From positions 23,533 to 87,532 of the IMG/VR virus record IMGVR_UViG_3300027788_000006: a stretch of 64,000 bases of DNA. The stretch is one strand, 5' to 3'. The notes beneath the pieces are model-generated. The model was given only the letters and a program-made list of their open reading frames with translations. It was not told the DNA's origin and made no database searches. Shown here piece after piece: positions 31,644-41,333 of the stretch (the stretch's first letter is position 1; each line of letters opens with the position of its first letter). Source of the DNA: a virus. Both the position numbers and the translations under genes were made by a program.

Positions 31644-31709
31644 AATAATAGTTCTTTTAAAGTTTAAATTAATCGGATGTAAAGAATAACTCTCCTATAA
31701 CTATTAACT

Positions 31710-31738
31710 AAAACTATGGGGGATTGCTCCCCCACAGC
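31710..31738 (-). terminator. Terminator-like hairpin downstream of the MCP gene
   Basis: Minus strand CTGTGGGGGA-gcaa-TCCCCCATAG-TTTT (GNRA loop). Confidence 0.75.
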
Positions 31739-31778
31739 CCTAATTAAAAACCAATATATATAGACGCACGTTTGTGCC

Positions 31779-33206
31779 TTACGCTACACATTGAATATCT
31801 AGTGAAGTATCGAAACGTCTCAATACAATACCAGCAGTTTTCAACATGTGTACAGAAGCACCATCCACGTCAGAAGCTCTAGAAGTTCCAGCATCAAATC
31901 CTCTAGGCACTACTGATCCTGCAACAGCCCATCTCATCATCTCACGACCTTTCTTAGAGATCATTTGAAGATTATTTTGGCCATCATAGTTAGATTGATC
32001 AACGAATACCATTCTGTAAGACTCTAAAGAGTATCCAGTAACTGGGTGTTTCGCTCGTGCTTGTGCAACAGGTCCATGATCAAATAATGGTAATTTAACT
32101 ACATTTACTGTATGACCATCTACATGCTCATAAGAAGTAAAGTAACCACTCATACCTAGTGATCTCCCGGATCCTGTGATGAATCTATTTTCACCTCCGA
32201 TTTTCCAGCTATTGCTAGTATTTCCGAAGTGACCTTTTAGAGCTTCATCAAACTCTCTTGCACCACCTGTACCAGTGTACAGTGTTACTTGTTTTGCAGC
32301 TGCATCAGTCATTCCATAGAATAAGTCTCCAATAATATTTTTGATCTTAGTCTCTGTTAAAGTAGAATAAGTATCCTTATTGATAATTTGTTCTAAAAGA
32401 CCAGGACCAACAACAACAGGTTGATTGTTCTCGTCTTTCATGAAAGTTTGTCCAGCAGCATCGTAAGTTTTTTGACCATACCAGTAGTACATTTCACATT
32501 CTTCTTTGAAGTTTAACATGTGAGTATACTCTTCATAGTCCATCCATAACTTAGTTTGTTTACCTCCTTTAGTTGGTAAAGTAAACTCAGCTACAAAATC
32601 TTTAGCATTACCAGACATATGGTAAGACTTTCTTACAGTACCAATTTTGTTACGTACCTTTCCTGGAGTTTCCCAGTTAGAAGCATTTCCTCTTGAGAAA
32701 TCAACTCCTACAGGTGCATACATTTGAGCCCATAAAGACCCAATAGATCCCCCAACTGTAATACCAACCCCAGCAGGATCGATTAATTGACAAGTGTAAA
32801 CCCAGTTGTTTCCAGACTGACTTGGCTCTTGCATGATTCTAGCTTGGTCTCCTACACTATTTACTAGTACGTAAGGAAATACAAACCATTTATCAGGGAA
32901 TGTTAATACAAAAGTTGCTCCAGCAGCACCCATGGTACCAGCAGTTGCAACCGAAATAGGTCGTGTCTTAAGCGTGTGAGTCTTTACTCTGTATTCATAC
33001 TCTAATCTATCGATTGACTTAACATTACCAACTCCTTCTGTTAAGAAAGATAGTGGAAAACGTTTATCATCTTTACCTGCTAGATGAGTAATGATAGGAG
33101 AAAGCTCAGTTGGCTTAGACATTAAAGCGTTAGACAGACTGTTCATGTCTGTCATTTGTGCATCATTGTAGTAATTTTTCTGCACAGTAATGTTTGTTCC
33201 GTTCAT
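31779..33206 (-). CDS. Major capsid protein (crAss-type)
   Basis: 475 aa. FPLSFLTEG, RKSYHMSGN, LWMDYEEY, G.GLLEQI, LYTGTGG.REFD, HPVTGYSLESYRMVF.D blocks. Follows the scaffold. Confidence 0.9.
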   Translation of the reverse strand: MNGTNITVQKNYYNDAQMTDMNSLSNALMSKPTELSPIITHLAGKDDKRFPLSFLTEGVGNVKSIDRLEYEYRVKTHTLKTRPISVATAGTMGAAGATFVLTFPDKWFVFPYVLVNSVGDQARIMQEPSQSGNNWVYTCQLIDPAGVGITVGGSIGSLWAQMYAPVGVDFSRGNASNWETPGKVRNKIGTVRKSYHMSGNAKDFVAEFTLPTKGGKQTKLWMDYEEYTHMLNFKEECEMYYWYGQKTYDAAGQTFMKDENNQPVVVGPGLLEQIINKDTYSTLTETKIKNIIGDLFYGMTDAAAKQVTLYTGTGGAREFDEALKGHFGNTSNSWKIGGENRFITGSGRSLGMSGYFTSYEHVDGHTVNVVKLPLFDHGPVAQARAKHPVTGYSLESYRMVFVDQSNYDGQNNLQMISKKGREMMRWAVAGSVVPRGFDAGTSRASDVDGASVHMLKTAGIVLRRFDTSLDIQCVA

Positions 33207-33236
33207 TTTTTATTATTTTAAATTTAGTTATATTAC

Positions 33237-33258
33237 AAAAAGCTCGTTATCTGCGAGC
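33237..33258 (-). terminator. Short hairpin plus T-run between scaffold and MCP (terminator or mRNA-stabilising element)
   Basis: Minus strand GCTCG-cagataa-CGAGC-TTTTT. Confidence 0.4.
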
Positions 33259-33273
33259 GAGTTGTCGAATTAA

Positions 33274-34425
33274 TTAAATGGAAAGATCTAGATCATCAAA
33301 ATTAACGTTCTTAACATTACGTCTTTTTCTTTTATTAGATTTTAAATCCTCCTCATTGTTTGAAAGTTTATCCCTTAAAGATTGAGCGCTTCGAGTTTTA
33401 GCTCGTTTCCCTACAATCTCATCCAGATTAAACCCTTTGTACATAAGATAATCTACAGCCAATTTAACTTCTACTTCTGCTTCTAAATGATCTATGTCCC
33501 TTTGGGTTTTACCCCCCTTATCTACAGGTTGAGAAATATAGTTATAGAAACCCCTTTTCTCTCTCTCTGTAATTTTTATACCTGCAAATTCTCTTGAGTC
33601 TTTAATTGTATCTGCAATCTCAGACCAGAATTCTGTGTTATGTTGTTCTTGTTCTGCCAGCTCTTGTTTTTGTTTCTGTTGAATCTGTGTTCTATGTTCA
33701 TTTTGGTATTTAGCCATAGCATCTTTAGCTTGACCTGCTTTACCATAAAGTTTCCCACTGTCCTCATAATCTTCTAAAAGCTCATTTATAAAATCTTGAT
33801 CATGACCTTTCATATGTAAATAATTACCCAAAACATTTCTTTGAGTATTAGTATCTCCTTCTTTTATCTCTAATAACTCATAATCTCCTTCTGCATGATT
33901 AGCCTCTAAGAATGTATTAGACTTACCTCCATTCATAACATACTCTAGATGCTCTTTAACTACAGGATACGCTTCTAATAAATTATCAATTCGTTCGTCA
34001 GCTAATTTAGAAGCTACCTCTTGTGTCATTTTTGTTAGACCTTCTGCAGTATCTTCAAACTCATTAGAAGGATCATACCCAAGATTTGAAAGAACTTCAT
34101 TTACAACTGAAGGGTCGTATACTTCTTCATCATCATCTTCATCCTCTTCGTCATCATCTTCATACTCTTCATCATCTTCATCATCGTCATCGTCCTCTTC
34201 ATCTTCATCATACTCTTCTTCATCGTCATCATAATCTTCATCATAATCTTCATCTGGTTCTAAGTCTACTTCTAGTTCATCATTTATACTATCATCATCT
34301 TCTACTTCATCCTCTATAGGATCTGCTATAGCTAAATCCTCCATTCCTTCTGAGGGGGCTACATCCTGCAGAACGTCATCAAACGAGATGTCGTCAAGCT
34401 GGATTTTGTTATTTGGTTCACTCAT
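33274..34425 (-). CDS. Putative capsid scaffold protein (crAss gene-77-like)
   Basis: Long D/E tract followed by a helical/coiled-coil region, immediately upstream of the MCP. Confidence 0.7.
   Translation of the reverse strand: MSEPNNKIQLDDISFDDVLQDVAPSEGMEDLAIADPIEDEVEDDDSINDELEVDLEPDEDYDEDYDDDEEEYDEDEEDDDDDEDDEEYEDDDEEDEDDDEEVYDPSVVNEVLSNLGYDPSNEFEDTAEGLTKMTQEVASKLADERIDNLLEAYPVVKEHLEYVMNGGKSNTFLEANHAEGDYELLEIKEGDTNTQRNVLGNYLHMKGHDQDFINELLEDYEDSGKLYGKAGQAKDAMAKYQNEHRTQIQQKQKQELAEQEQHNTEFWSEIADTIKDSREFAGIKITEREKRGFYNYISQPVDKGGKTQRDIDHLEAEVEVKLAVDYLMYKGFNLDEIVGKRAKTRSAQSLRDKLSNNEEDLKSNKRKRRNVKNVNFDDLDLSI
34110..34312 (-). repeat. Low-complexity GAT/GAA repeat encoding a poly-Asp/Glu tract
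   Basis: tcatcatcttcatcctcttcgtcatca... encodes DEDYDEDYDDDEEEYDEDEEDDDD... Confidence 0.8.
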
Positions 34426-34454
34426 CTTATATATATATTTATTGGTTTAGGTTA

Positions 34455-34462
34455 CAAAAATA
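34455..34462 (-). promoter_or_regulatory. Bacteroidota-type -7 element (TATTTTTG) upstream of the scaffold/MCP genes
   Basis: Matches TAnnTTTG in a short intergenic gap about 30 nt before the ATG. Confidence 0.5.
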
Positions 34463-34471
34463 CAAATTATA

Positions 34472-36700
34472 TTAGTATTTTTTATACTTCTTAGTTTTTT
34501 TACTAGATGCTTTATTATATAGCATTTGTGATTTATTAAACCCACCATGTTTCATTTTTAGTGGTATATTATCTTTTAATCCCTTTTTATATTGCTCTTC
34601 AAAATCACCCTTCCCTTGTAAAACTCTCTCTACATAGCCTCTACTTTCCTCATTAAAATGAGATAACCAATTTAAATCATCAGAATATATATCTACTCCT
34701 GCTTTCTTTAATTCAGTTAATTTATTAAATGTATTTTTAGGCCCCCAATTATAAGCTATTAAAGCCTTTGCTCTCTTAACTGTCTCAGATCCATTAACCC
34801 ACTCTCTATCTATTAAATTATTCATGTAATTAATCTGAATTTTCTCAGCTATATCATAAGTTTTAAGATCTTTCATAGTAGTACTTTTAGGAACCCATCC
34901 TTTCATTTTAGCATAATCTAAAGTATCAGGCATTATTTGTGCAACACCTGTAGCCCCTTTAGGACTAACAGCATCGTGTTTAAAACTAGATTCTTGGAAA
35001 CGTTGTCTTCTTAATAATTCCTCGTAAGACATTTGTTCCTTTTGTTTAGGAACTTCATAATTTTTATATCCACCTTTTTGATAAGAAGAATTAAATCCAC
35101 CTGTTTTCTTTTTTTTATAAAGTCTAGTTTTTTTATTTCCTTTTTGAGTTTCTGAAGTACCACGTGAGAGGTGTTCTCCATATTGTTCTAAGTACTCTTC
35201 TTGACTACCTTCAAATATTCTTCTTCCAGCTTGATCCTTTAACCTAACTAACGCTAAACCGTCATCTCCTTTTGGATATGTATGTGTTCCTTGTCCAACT
35301 CTTTCAAGTGTAAAATGCTTTCCCTTCCCTAGTTTTAGGGGAATTGCTTTCATAAGTTTCTCTTCCTCCTTTCTTGGTATAGATTGTGTTGATATAGGTT
35401 TAATTTTTAAAAGTTTTTGTTTTTTCGCCCACCAAGTTCCATCTCCTCTAAAAATACTTCCTGGTGCCTCTGCTCTTGGATCCTTACCAGATACTTTTAT
35501 ATGTGTCTTTTCTATCTCTGTGTTATCGAACATTGGTTTCTTCTTCTTCTTCTTTTTTCTAATTTTACCTTCAAACCACTCTTCACCTGGCTTTACATCT
35601 TCAATAGTTGATGGTACAGCTACCTGTAATGTAGGGTCTGTGTCGTATATCCTAAAGTTAGATGACGATCCTCTGCTAGCATTCTTATAAATATAATAGG
35701 TGTAATCACCATGCGTATCATCAGAACCTCTTTTACTAGACACAAGTGTCATTCCTCTATCTAGAGCACTTTTCTCTTTAGTCTCTGTTGTATCTCCATT
35801 GGACCCAGAAGTTTCTTGAAATCCTCCTGTTTGTCTTATAGGAAGACCAAAACCTAAAGTAGCTTCTATTCCAGTATTCTTGTTATAACCTACTTTACCA
35901 GATAATTTTCCTAGATGACCATATACACCAGCGGTAGTTCCAGTTCCATTCACTAAATCTTGCTTACCATAAATTCCTGCCCCATACTTCCAAGGGTCTC
36001 TCCAGTTATAACTATTACCTCCCAGTTCTCCTTCTACTCCTACAGATCCTGTAGCATCAAATGTCTTATTGAACATCATACTTTGTTCATCTCCTTTAAA
36101 TCTAGTACCTGCACTTAATCCGGCATGACCAGTCATAGGAGAATATGGAAAATGTGAACTATATCCTAGTCCACCCTTAACAGATCCAGATAAATTAGTT
36201 TTACTCATACTACCAATAGTCATACCTGCAGATCCATAAAGATTACTAGCTGAGTCTCTATTACCACATGCAGTTTTAACTGATCCACCATTCCACTCTG
36301 CATTAGAACACATACTTATTTCAAACGGACTAGAATTGTCTATATACTCTCCTCCCTTTTTATAAGTACCATCTGTACCCAGAGAGGTAGCTCCCCTAGA
36401 GGTTCCTGACGCTTGTCCAAATCCTATCTCCATAGAAGAAGCAGAATTCACTAGATGGGGTTTTTTTGAGCCTGTTGAGGGATGAGGTACTTTAGGCCCC
36501 GCAGGCGCCGATCCTCCAGTAGAGGCTACTTCTGGTTGTTGTGTAGGTTGTTCTTTAGCAGGCTGAGACTCTTCTTGTATAGCGGCTTCTTCAGCCATTA
36601 ACTCTTCAGCTTCGTGTATAGCTTCAAATGCAGGTTTATCTACAGATCCATTTAAGGACCCTTTAATTATATCTAATTTTTCTTTTGATGATAAAGGCAT
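34472..36700 (-). CDS. Multidomain virion protein with a C-terminal lytic transglycosylase (SLT/lysozyme-like) domain
   Basis: QESSF...AVSPKGATGVAQIMPDT...AYNWG...ESRGYV motif set. Domains are separated by xxGG motifs. Confidence 0.75.
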   Translation of the reverse strand: MPLSSKEKLDIIKGSLNGSVDKPAFEAIHEAEELMAEEAAIQEESQPAKEQPTQQPEVASTGGSAPAGPKVPHPSTGSKKPHLVNSASSMEIGFGQASGTSRGATSLGTDGTYKKGGEYIDNSSPFEISMCSNAEWNGGSVKTACGNRDSASNLYGSAGMTIGSMSKTNLSGSVKGGLGYSSHFPYSPMTGHAGLSAGTRFKGDEQSMMFNKTFDATGSVGVEGELGGNSYNWRDPWKYGAGIYGKQDLVNGTGTTAGVYGHLGKLSGKVGYNKNTGIEATLGFGLPIRQTGGFQETSGSNGDTTETKEKSALDRGMTLVSSKRGSDDTHGDYTYYIYKNASRGSSSNFRIYDTDPTLQVAVPSTIEDVKPGEEWFEGKIRKKKKKKKPMFDNTEIEKTHIKVSGKDPRAEAPGSIFRGDGTWWAKKQKLLKIKPISTQSIPRKEEEKLMKAIPLKLGKGKHFTLERVGQGTHTYPKGDDGLALVRLKDQAGRRIFEGSQEEYLEQYGEHLSRGTSETQKGNKKTRLYKKKKTGGFNSSYQKGGYKNYEVPKQKEQMSYEELLRRQRFQESSFKHDAVSPKGATGVAQIMPDTLDYAKMKGWVPKSTTMKDLKTYDIAEKIQINYMNNLIDREWVNGSETVKRAKALIAYNWGPKNTFNKLTELKKAGVDIYSDDLNWLSHFNEESRGYVERVLQGKGDFEEQYKKGLKDNIPLKMKHGGFNKSQMLYNKASSKKTKKYKKY

Positions 36701-38988
36701 TAATCTTTCTTCTTATTAGACTCCGCTTTACTTATCCTAGTAGTTTTTATAGTAGCTTTTATTTTCTCTCTATCAATAGCTTCATCAGCTTTATTAGATC
36801 TTATCTCTTCGTTTGCTAATTTTTCTTTTATATCTATTTCCTCTTCTTTAAGTTCAAGCTCTTGCATGCCATGTTGTAAATTCAATTGTGCTCCTTCTTT
36901 CTGACCACTTACATGAATTTCTGCAATTTGAATTTTAGTTTGACGCTCTTTTTCATTATCTTCTTTCAACTGCTCCATCTGAGCTTGTTGTTGTTCTAAC
37001 TGAGCTTGTTGTTGAGCTTGCTCTGCTTCTTGCTGCGCTTGTTCTAATTCTCTTGTTTTTTTCTCAGCTTCTTTTATTTTAGCTTTAATTTGAGGGAAAC
37101 TATCTGCATCCATCATTTCTGCTATAGCTGAAACTGGTACTCCATTTTGAACCATAGATTGAGACAATTGTCTTATACCATCTATCTTATCTTTTTCTTT
37201 ACCTGCATCAGTCATAAAGATACCATAATTAGACTCCATGTGCTCCATAGAATCTATATCTAAAAATTCTGTTACACCATCAGGCATCATAAATGCAGTC
37301 TTCTTACCTGTATGCCATGCTTGCTTAGAATAATCTAACAACGCTTGCATATCTCTTTGTTCCATTCCTCCAAATTTCTTAAATAAATCTTCAGTTATAT
37401 GGGATGATTGTACAATAGCTTGTTGAGATGCAGCTTTACCTTCATAACTTCCTATTTGACCTTGTCTTTGTCTAGTAACTCCAGATAGTTTTTCCCATTC
37501 TTCTACTATAGAATTCAATAACATTATGTATTGTTCAATAGTTTTAATAGACATATCTAATACAGACTGATGTTGAGGTGATAGTTGAGTACCTTCTTTA
37601 TTATAATCTACCCAAGCAATACCTGTACCTTCTACAAAATACATAAACTTATCCATATCCCATTTCTTAGGTATCATGTTAATATCAAACTGAGCTACAA
37701 TATCTTTAGATCTAGCTATAGCCAGTTCTAATCGATACTTATAAATATTATAATTTATTTGGAATGGTATACCTAAAGATACTAATGAAATATTTTCACT
37801 ATTTATATCTGAGTATCTTCTACCATTAATTGGTAATTTACATATCGATGGATTATCTAAAGAATTTCTTTGGTTAATTATAGGTTGTATATTTACATAT
37901 ACTTTATTATCTATCCTAGTTCCTTCCCAAACTTGATTAACCCATAACCATTCTATAACACCTCCAGCTTCTTTCATCTCTTGAGGCATTCTAAAGCCAT
38001 CTTCCACTTCTTCTTCTATAGGCTCTCCTGTATTAGGATCTGTAAAAGCTAAGAACCCTATTCTTTTTCTAGACTTCCAATATACTGTTACTACTTCTAT
38101 TAATCTTGAATCTTGAGCATTTCGACCTCCTGCTGATGTCATTGAAGCTAAGAATCCAATATCACTACCGCTATGGGTAGGTGACTCTAACTCTAGCATT
38201 TCTGAATCAGTTAGAACATCAAAGTAATGATCTATTAATGTACTTGCATGTACATACTTAGTAATAGAAGCCCAGTCTCCATCTTCTACATAATCTAAAT
38301 CTGGATCTAAATCATAGTTTACATTAAGAGGATTAAGAACCTCATAAAACGGTTCATTATGTCTAACTCCTCTTTGAGTATAACATTCTCCAGAAACTAA
38401 ATAATGAAACCAAGCTTTATCTAATTTTTGCTTTATTTCTTGCTGACTAGTTATATAAGTCATAGCATGTTGCCCCATAACAGCTCTGTTATCTACATAA
38501 GTAGATTCAAATAAGTTTGCTACATGCTCCGGCATATCTACTTCTTCCGTCGATACTCCTGTATCAATTCCTGCTTTGTTAGCAGCATTTACAAATTGTT
38601 GTTGTAGATTTCTATAAATGGTTTCTGTCTTAGCCATTTCTTTTCTACTTACAGTATCAGCATTTTGAACTGCTACAGTATAGTTAAAAGGCCTCTTAGT
38701 TTTTTCTCCCATTAATAAATCTATAATAGGTTTAATAATTGGGTAATTTCTAAGCTCTGAAGGAAAGTTTTTACGACTCTTACCGTAAGGTTTTAATACT
38801 AAGTTATAATCACTAGTATCTACAACTCCGTTGTACATATCATATAACCTTTGAAGGTCATCTTTTCTAGAAGATAATGTATAACCATTTCCTGATAGAT
38901 TAATATAAGCCTCAACACAAGCTTCTCGCCATTCTTTATTTTTTTTGTTTATAGACAGTTTCTGTCTTGGTATTCCCTCGTATCCCAT
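36700..38988 (-). CDS. Portal protein
   Basis: 762 aa. NYPIIKPIIDLLMGE, VYWKSRKRIG, WVNQVWEG.RI, SGVTRQRQG, C-terminal Gln-rich coil. Next to TerL. Confidence 0.9.
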   Translation of the reverse strand: MGYEGIPRQKLSINKKNKEWREACVEAYINLSGNGYTLSSRKDDLQRLYDMYNGVVDTSDYNLVLKPYGKSRKNFPSELRNYPIIKPIIDLLMGEKTKRPFNYTVAVQNADTVSRKEMAKTETIYRNLQQQFVNAANKAGIDTGVSTEEVDMPEHVANLFESTYVDNRAVMGQHAMTYITSQQEIKQKLDKAWFHYLVSGECYTQRGVRHNEPFYEVLNPLNVNYDLDPDLDYVEDGDWASITKYVHASTLIDHYFDVLTDSEMLELESPTHSGSDIGFLASMTSAGGRNAQDSRLIEVVTVYWKSRKRIGFLAFTDPNTGEPIEEEVEDGFRMPQEMKEAGGVIEWLWVNQVWEGTRIDNKVYVNIQPIINQRNSLDNPSICKLPINGRRYSDINSENISLVSLGIPFQINYNIYKYRLELAIARSKDIVAQFDINMIPKKWDMDKFMYFVEGTGIAWVDYNKEGTQLSPQHQSVLDMSIKTIEQYIMLLNSIVEEWEKLSGVTRQRQGQIGSYEGKAASQQAIVQSSHITEDLFKKFGGMEQRDMQALLDYSKQAWHTGKKTAFMMPDGVTEFLDIDSMEHMESNYGIFMTDAGKEKDKIDGIRQLSQSMVQNGVPVSAIAEMMDADSFPQIKAKIKEAEKKTRELEQAQQEAEQAQQQAQLEQQQAQMEQLKEDNEKERQTKIQIAEIHVSGQKEGAQLNLQHGMQELELKEEEIDIKEKLANEEIRSNKADEAIDREKIKATIKTTRISKAESNKKKD

Positions 38989-38994
38989 AGCTTA

Positions 38995-39002
38995 CAAAAT
39001 TA
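38995..39002 (-). promoter_or_regulatory. Bacteroidota-type -7 element (TAATTTTG) 6 nt upstream of the portal ATG
   Basis: TAnnTTTG match in the TerL-portal gap. Confidence 0.45.
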
Positions 39003-39064
39003 ACATTATTTATTTAATATTTTACCATCATGACACATTATACTTATTAGTTTATAATATATCA

Positions 39065-41032
39065 TTAATTATACATCCTACTAAACCATTCATTCGATGA
39101 TCCGTCTTCTAGTATATCTTTAATTTCAGCATTATACAACTCTTTCGTATGGAACATTCCAATCATTAACGACATAACCCTGTCAAAGTTACCTTTATGA
39201 TTAAATTTTATTAGTTCAGTTAATAGAGCTGGATCATATATCTTATGTAAATTTAAGGATGTAAATCCATCTTCATCTTTTCCTCTAGGTGCTACAAGCC
39301 AATCCCTAATATATAATTCCCCTTGTCTTTTTCTAGCCTCCGTCATATGCATTCCATACTGACGTTTTACAGTTTTAGATCTTAATTCTCTCTTATCCAA
39401 CATCTCGAACTCTTCTTGAAGTTTATGTAGTTTTCTATGACGCTTAGCATAAGCAATAACCTCTCCCCTGTCATTCTCAAATCCTATTTTACACCCATAA
39501 TAATCTGCTAACATAAATAGATTTCGATTATACTCATCAGTAGTCTTAGGTCTACCTACATAACTAGCTACTATAATATCATCAGGTTTAGATAAATTGT
39601 TTGTCATCTTAAGTACATACGCACTACCTAATGAAGTACTATCTGCAGATTGATTTTGTCCATAAGGATCATGACACAATACATATAAATTTAGTGGTAC
39701 TTGCCCAGCTTGATTTCTATAAGGAGCTTCGTATATCATAATTGTACCAGCTAAAGCATCATCTTTTCTATGAGGATATTTTAAGATAGGTCTATTATCT
39801 CCGTTAAGTCTAAATTTAACTTGTCCTTTAGAATCATATAATAGATCTCCTGCTGTACCAACACTATGCAAATTATTAGCTTTTATTTTATTATATTGTT
39901 CTTGTAAAGATCCTATGTCAAATAAATTAGCTGTTACTTGTAGAGTAGCCTCTTGAGGAGAGTAAGGATGCTCAGCTACATATTGATCTAATGATTTATG
40001 ATCTGCCGCTCCTTTCTTCTTTTCTCTAGCCCCTTCTTCATACTCTCTTGCTTCTACCATTAAAGAGTTTCCTTGTTCATCTATAAACCCGTCTAAGTTT
40101 CTCTGTATAGGAATAAAATACCCACACTTAGTTCCCATCGCTCCTTCATCCCATTCATTTTCATATTCCATACAATCATATGCTGCTGGATTATAAAATA
40201 TCTCTTCCATAGCTTCAAAATCTGACCCTTCAGTACCACCTGTACCAAAAGCTACCATCATACCTAAAGTCTTAGATCCTTGACGCATTGTAGGCATAGT
40301 TACCTCCCAAGCTTTAAGGAGTCCAGGGAATGAACCAGCTTCTTCAAAGAATACTAACTCACCCGCCTTTCCCCTCACTTTATCTGGATTATCTTTTAAC
40401 GATACTCCTATTATCTGGGACTTCATACCCATTTCTATATCTACACCATTTACTTTTTTCTTATACCCTGACATCTTAGACATCTCTCTATCTCTTAGCC
40501 GAGGCTGTGCCCAAGCTGTATGATCATCTATAAAAGATAAAAACTCCCAAGCCTTTGATAGCAGTCCATCCCCAATTAGGTATTCTTTCTGCCCTGCAAA
40601 TACAAAGTTCTTAGAGTTTCTAACAAAAAAGTAATTTCTAGCAAGCATAGCTCCGGCTTTATAGGAGTACCCCTTACGACGAGCTTTTAAAACAATCATA
40701 TGTTTATTATCCGCTCTTGCTTTATCTATCTCATGAAAATATAAATAATCACCATCATAGAATGCCGGGAATGTTCTTTCACGTCTAGCCTGCATAGTCC
40801 CATCAGGAAGCATCTCATCTATAGCCCTGTCTATAGGGCAATAGTTTAAATAGAAGTAGTGGAATCCTGTTATAGTTAATTCATCTACAGTATATCCATA
40901 TAAACACCTTTTCTTTTCTGTGTCCCAAAAATCAAAGTAATCTTTAGTTCCAGGTATAGATTGTGTATATGCACCAGTCTTTAAAAAGTTTAAAGCAGCT
41001 GCTCTAACTCTATCCGTGTTGTTTAATCGCAT
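39065..41032 (-). CDS. terL: Terminase large subunit
   Basis: Walker A LKARRKGYS, Walker B FFEEAG, FGTGG, and a nuclease domain with HDPY...FEND...NFDRV. Confidence 0.92.
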   Translation of the reverse strand: MRLNNTDRVRAAALNFLKTGAYTQSIPGTKDYFDFWDTEKKRCLYGYTVDELTITGFHYFYLNYCPIDRAIDEMLPDGTMQARRERTFPAFYDGDYLYFHEIDKARADNKHMIVLKARRKGYSYKAGAMLARNYFFVRNSKNFVFAGQKEYLIGDGLLSKAWEFLSFIDDHTAWAQPRLRDREMSKMSGYKKKVNGVDIEMGMKSQIIGVSLKDNPDKVRGKAGELVFFEEAGSFPGLLKAWEVTMPTMRQGSKTLGMMVAFGTGGTEGSDFEAMEEIFYNPAAYDCMEYENEWDEGAMGTKCGYFIPIQRNLDGFIDEQGNSLMVEAREYEEGAREKKKGAADHKSLDQYVAEHPYSPQEATLQVTANLFDIGSLQEQYNKIKANNLHSVGTAGDLLYDSKGQVKFRLNGDNRPILKYPHRKDDALAGTIMIYEAPYRNQAGQVPLNLYVLCHDPYGQNQSADSTSLGSAYVLKMTNNLSKPDDIIVASYVGRPKTTDEYNRNLFMLADYYGCKIGFENDRGEVIAYAKRHRKLHKLQEEFEMLDKRELRSKTVKRQYGMHMTEARKRQGELYIRDWLVAPRGKDEDGFTSLNLHKIYDPALLTELIKFNHKGNFDRVMSLMIGMFHTKELYNAEIKDILEDGSSNEWFSRMYN

Positions 41033-41333
41033 TCTTTTCTTTTATCTTTACTAACTCAGCACATTTCTCGTACTCTTCAGTACTTGAAAAATGATCAATA
41101 ACCACATCTATAAGTGCGTTTGAAAACTCCTCTGTCAAGAAAGGATTGAAAGGTAATGGTAATATATCCTCTTCCTCTTCGCTCTCATCAAATTCTATGA
41201 ACATATCATCGACACTTAATTTTCCGGTTATTAAATTATATGCATTATCCATTGCACTGTTGTAAAGTTCTATTTCTTCTAAAAAATCCATTTCATTTAT
41301 TGGTTTTCTGGAAGGTCTGAGGGAGTGTTCCAT
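41010..41333 (-). CDS. Small acidic protein with a C-terminal UVR-like motif
   Basis: F...EEYEKCAEL..IK. The real start is probably the internal MDFLEE. Confidence 0.55.
   Translation of the reverse strand: MEHSLRPSRKPINEMDFLEEIELYNSAMDNAYNLITGKLSVDDMFIEFDESEEEEDILPLPFNPFLTEEFSNALIDVVIDHFSSTEEYEKCAELVKIKEKNAIKQHG

Noticed and set aside
1747-35611. Short plus-strand and nested ORFs within the structural genes (e.g. 1747, 6439, 7788, 17263, 24189, 34086)
   Set aside because: They are antisense or out-of-frame shadows of long genes with no motifs. The His-rich ORF at 34086 simply mirrors the Asp/Glu tract.
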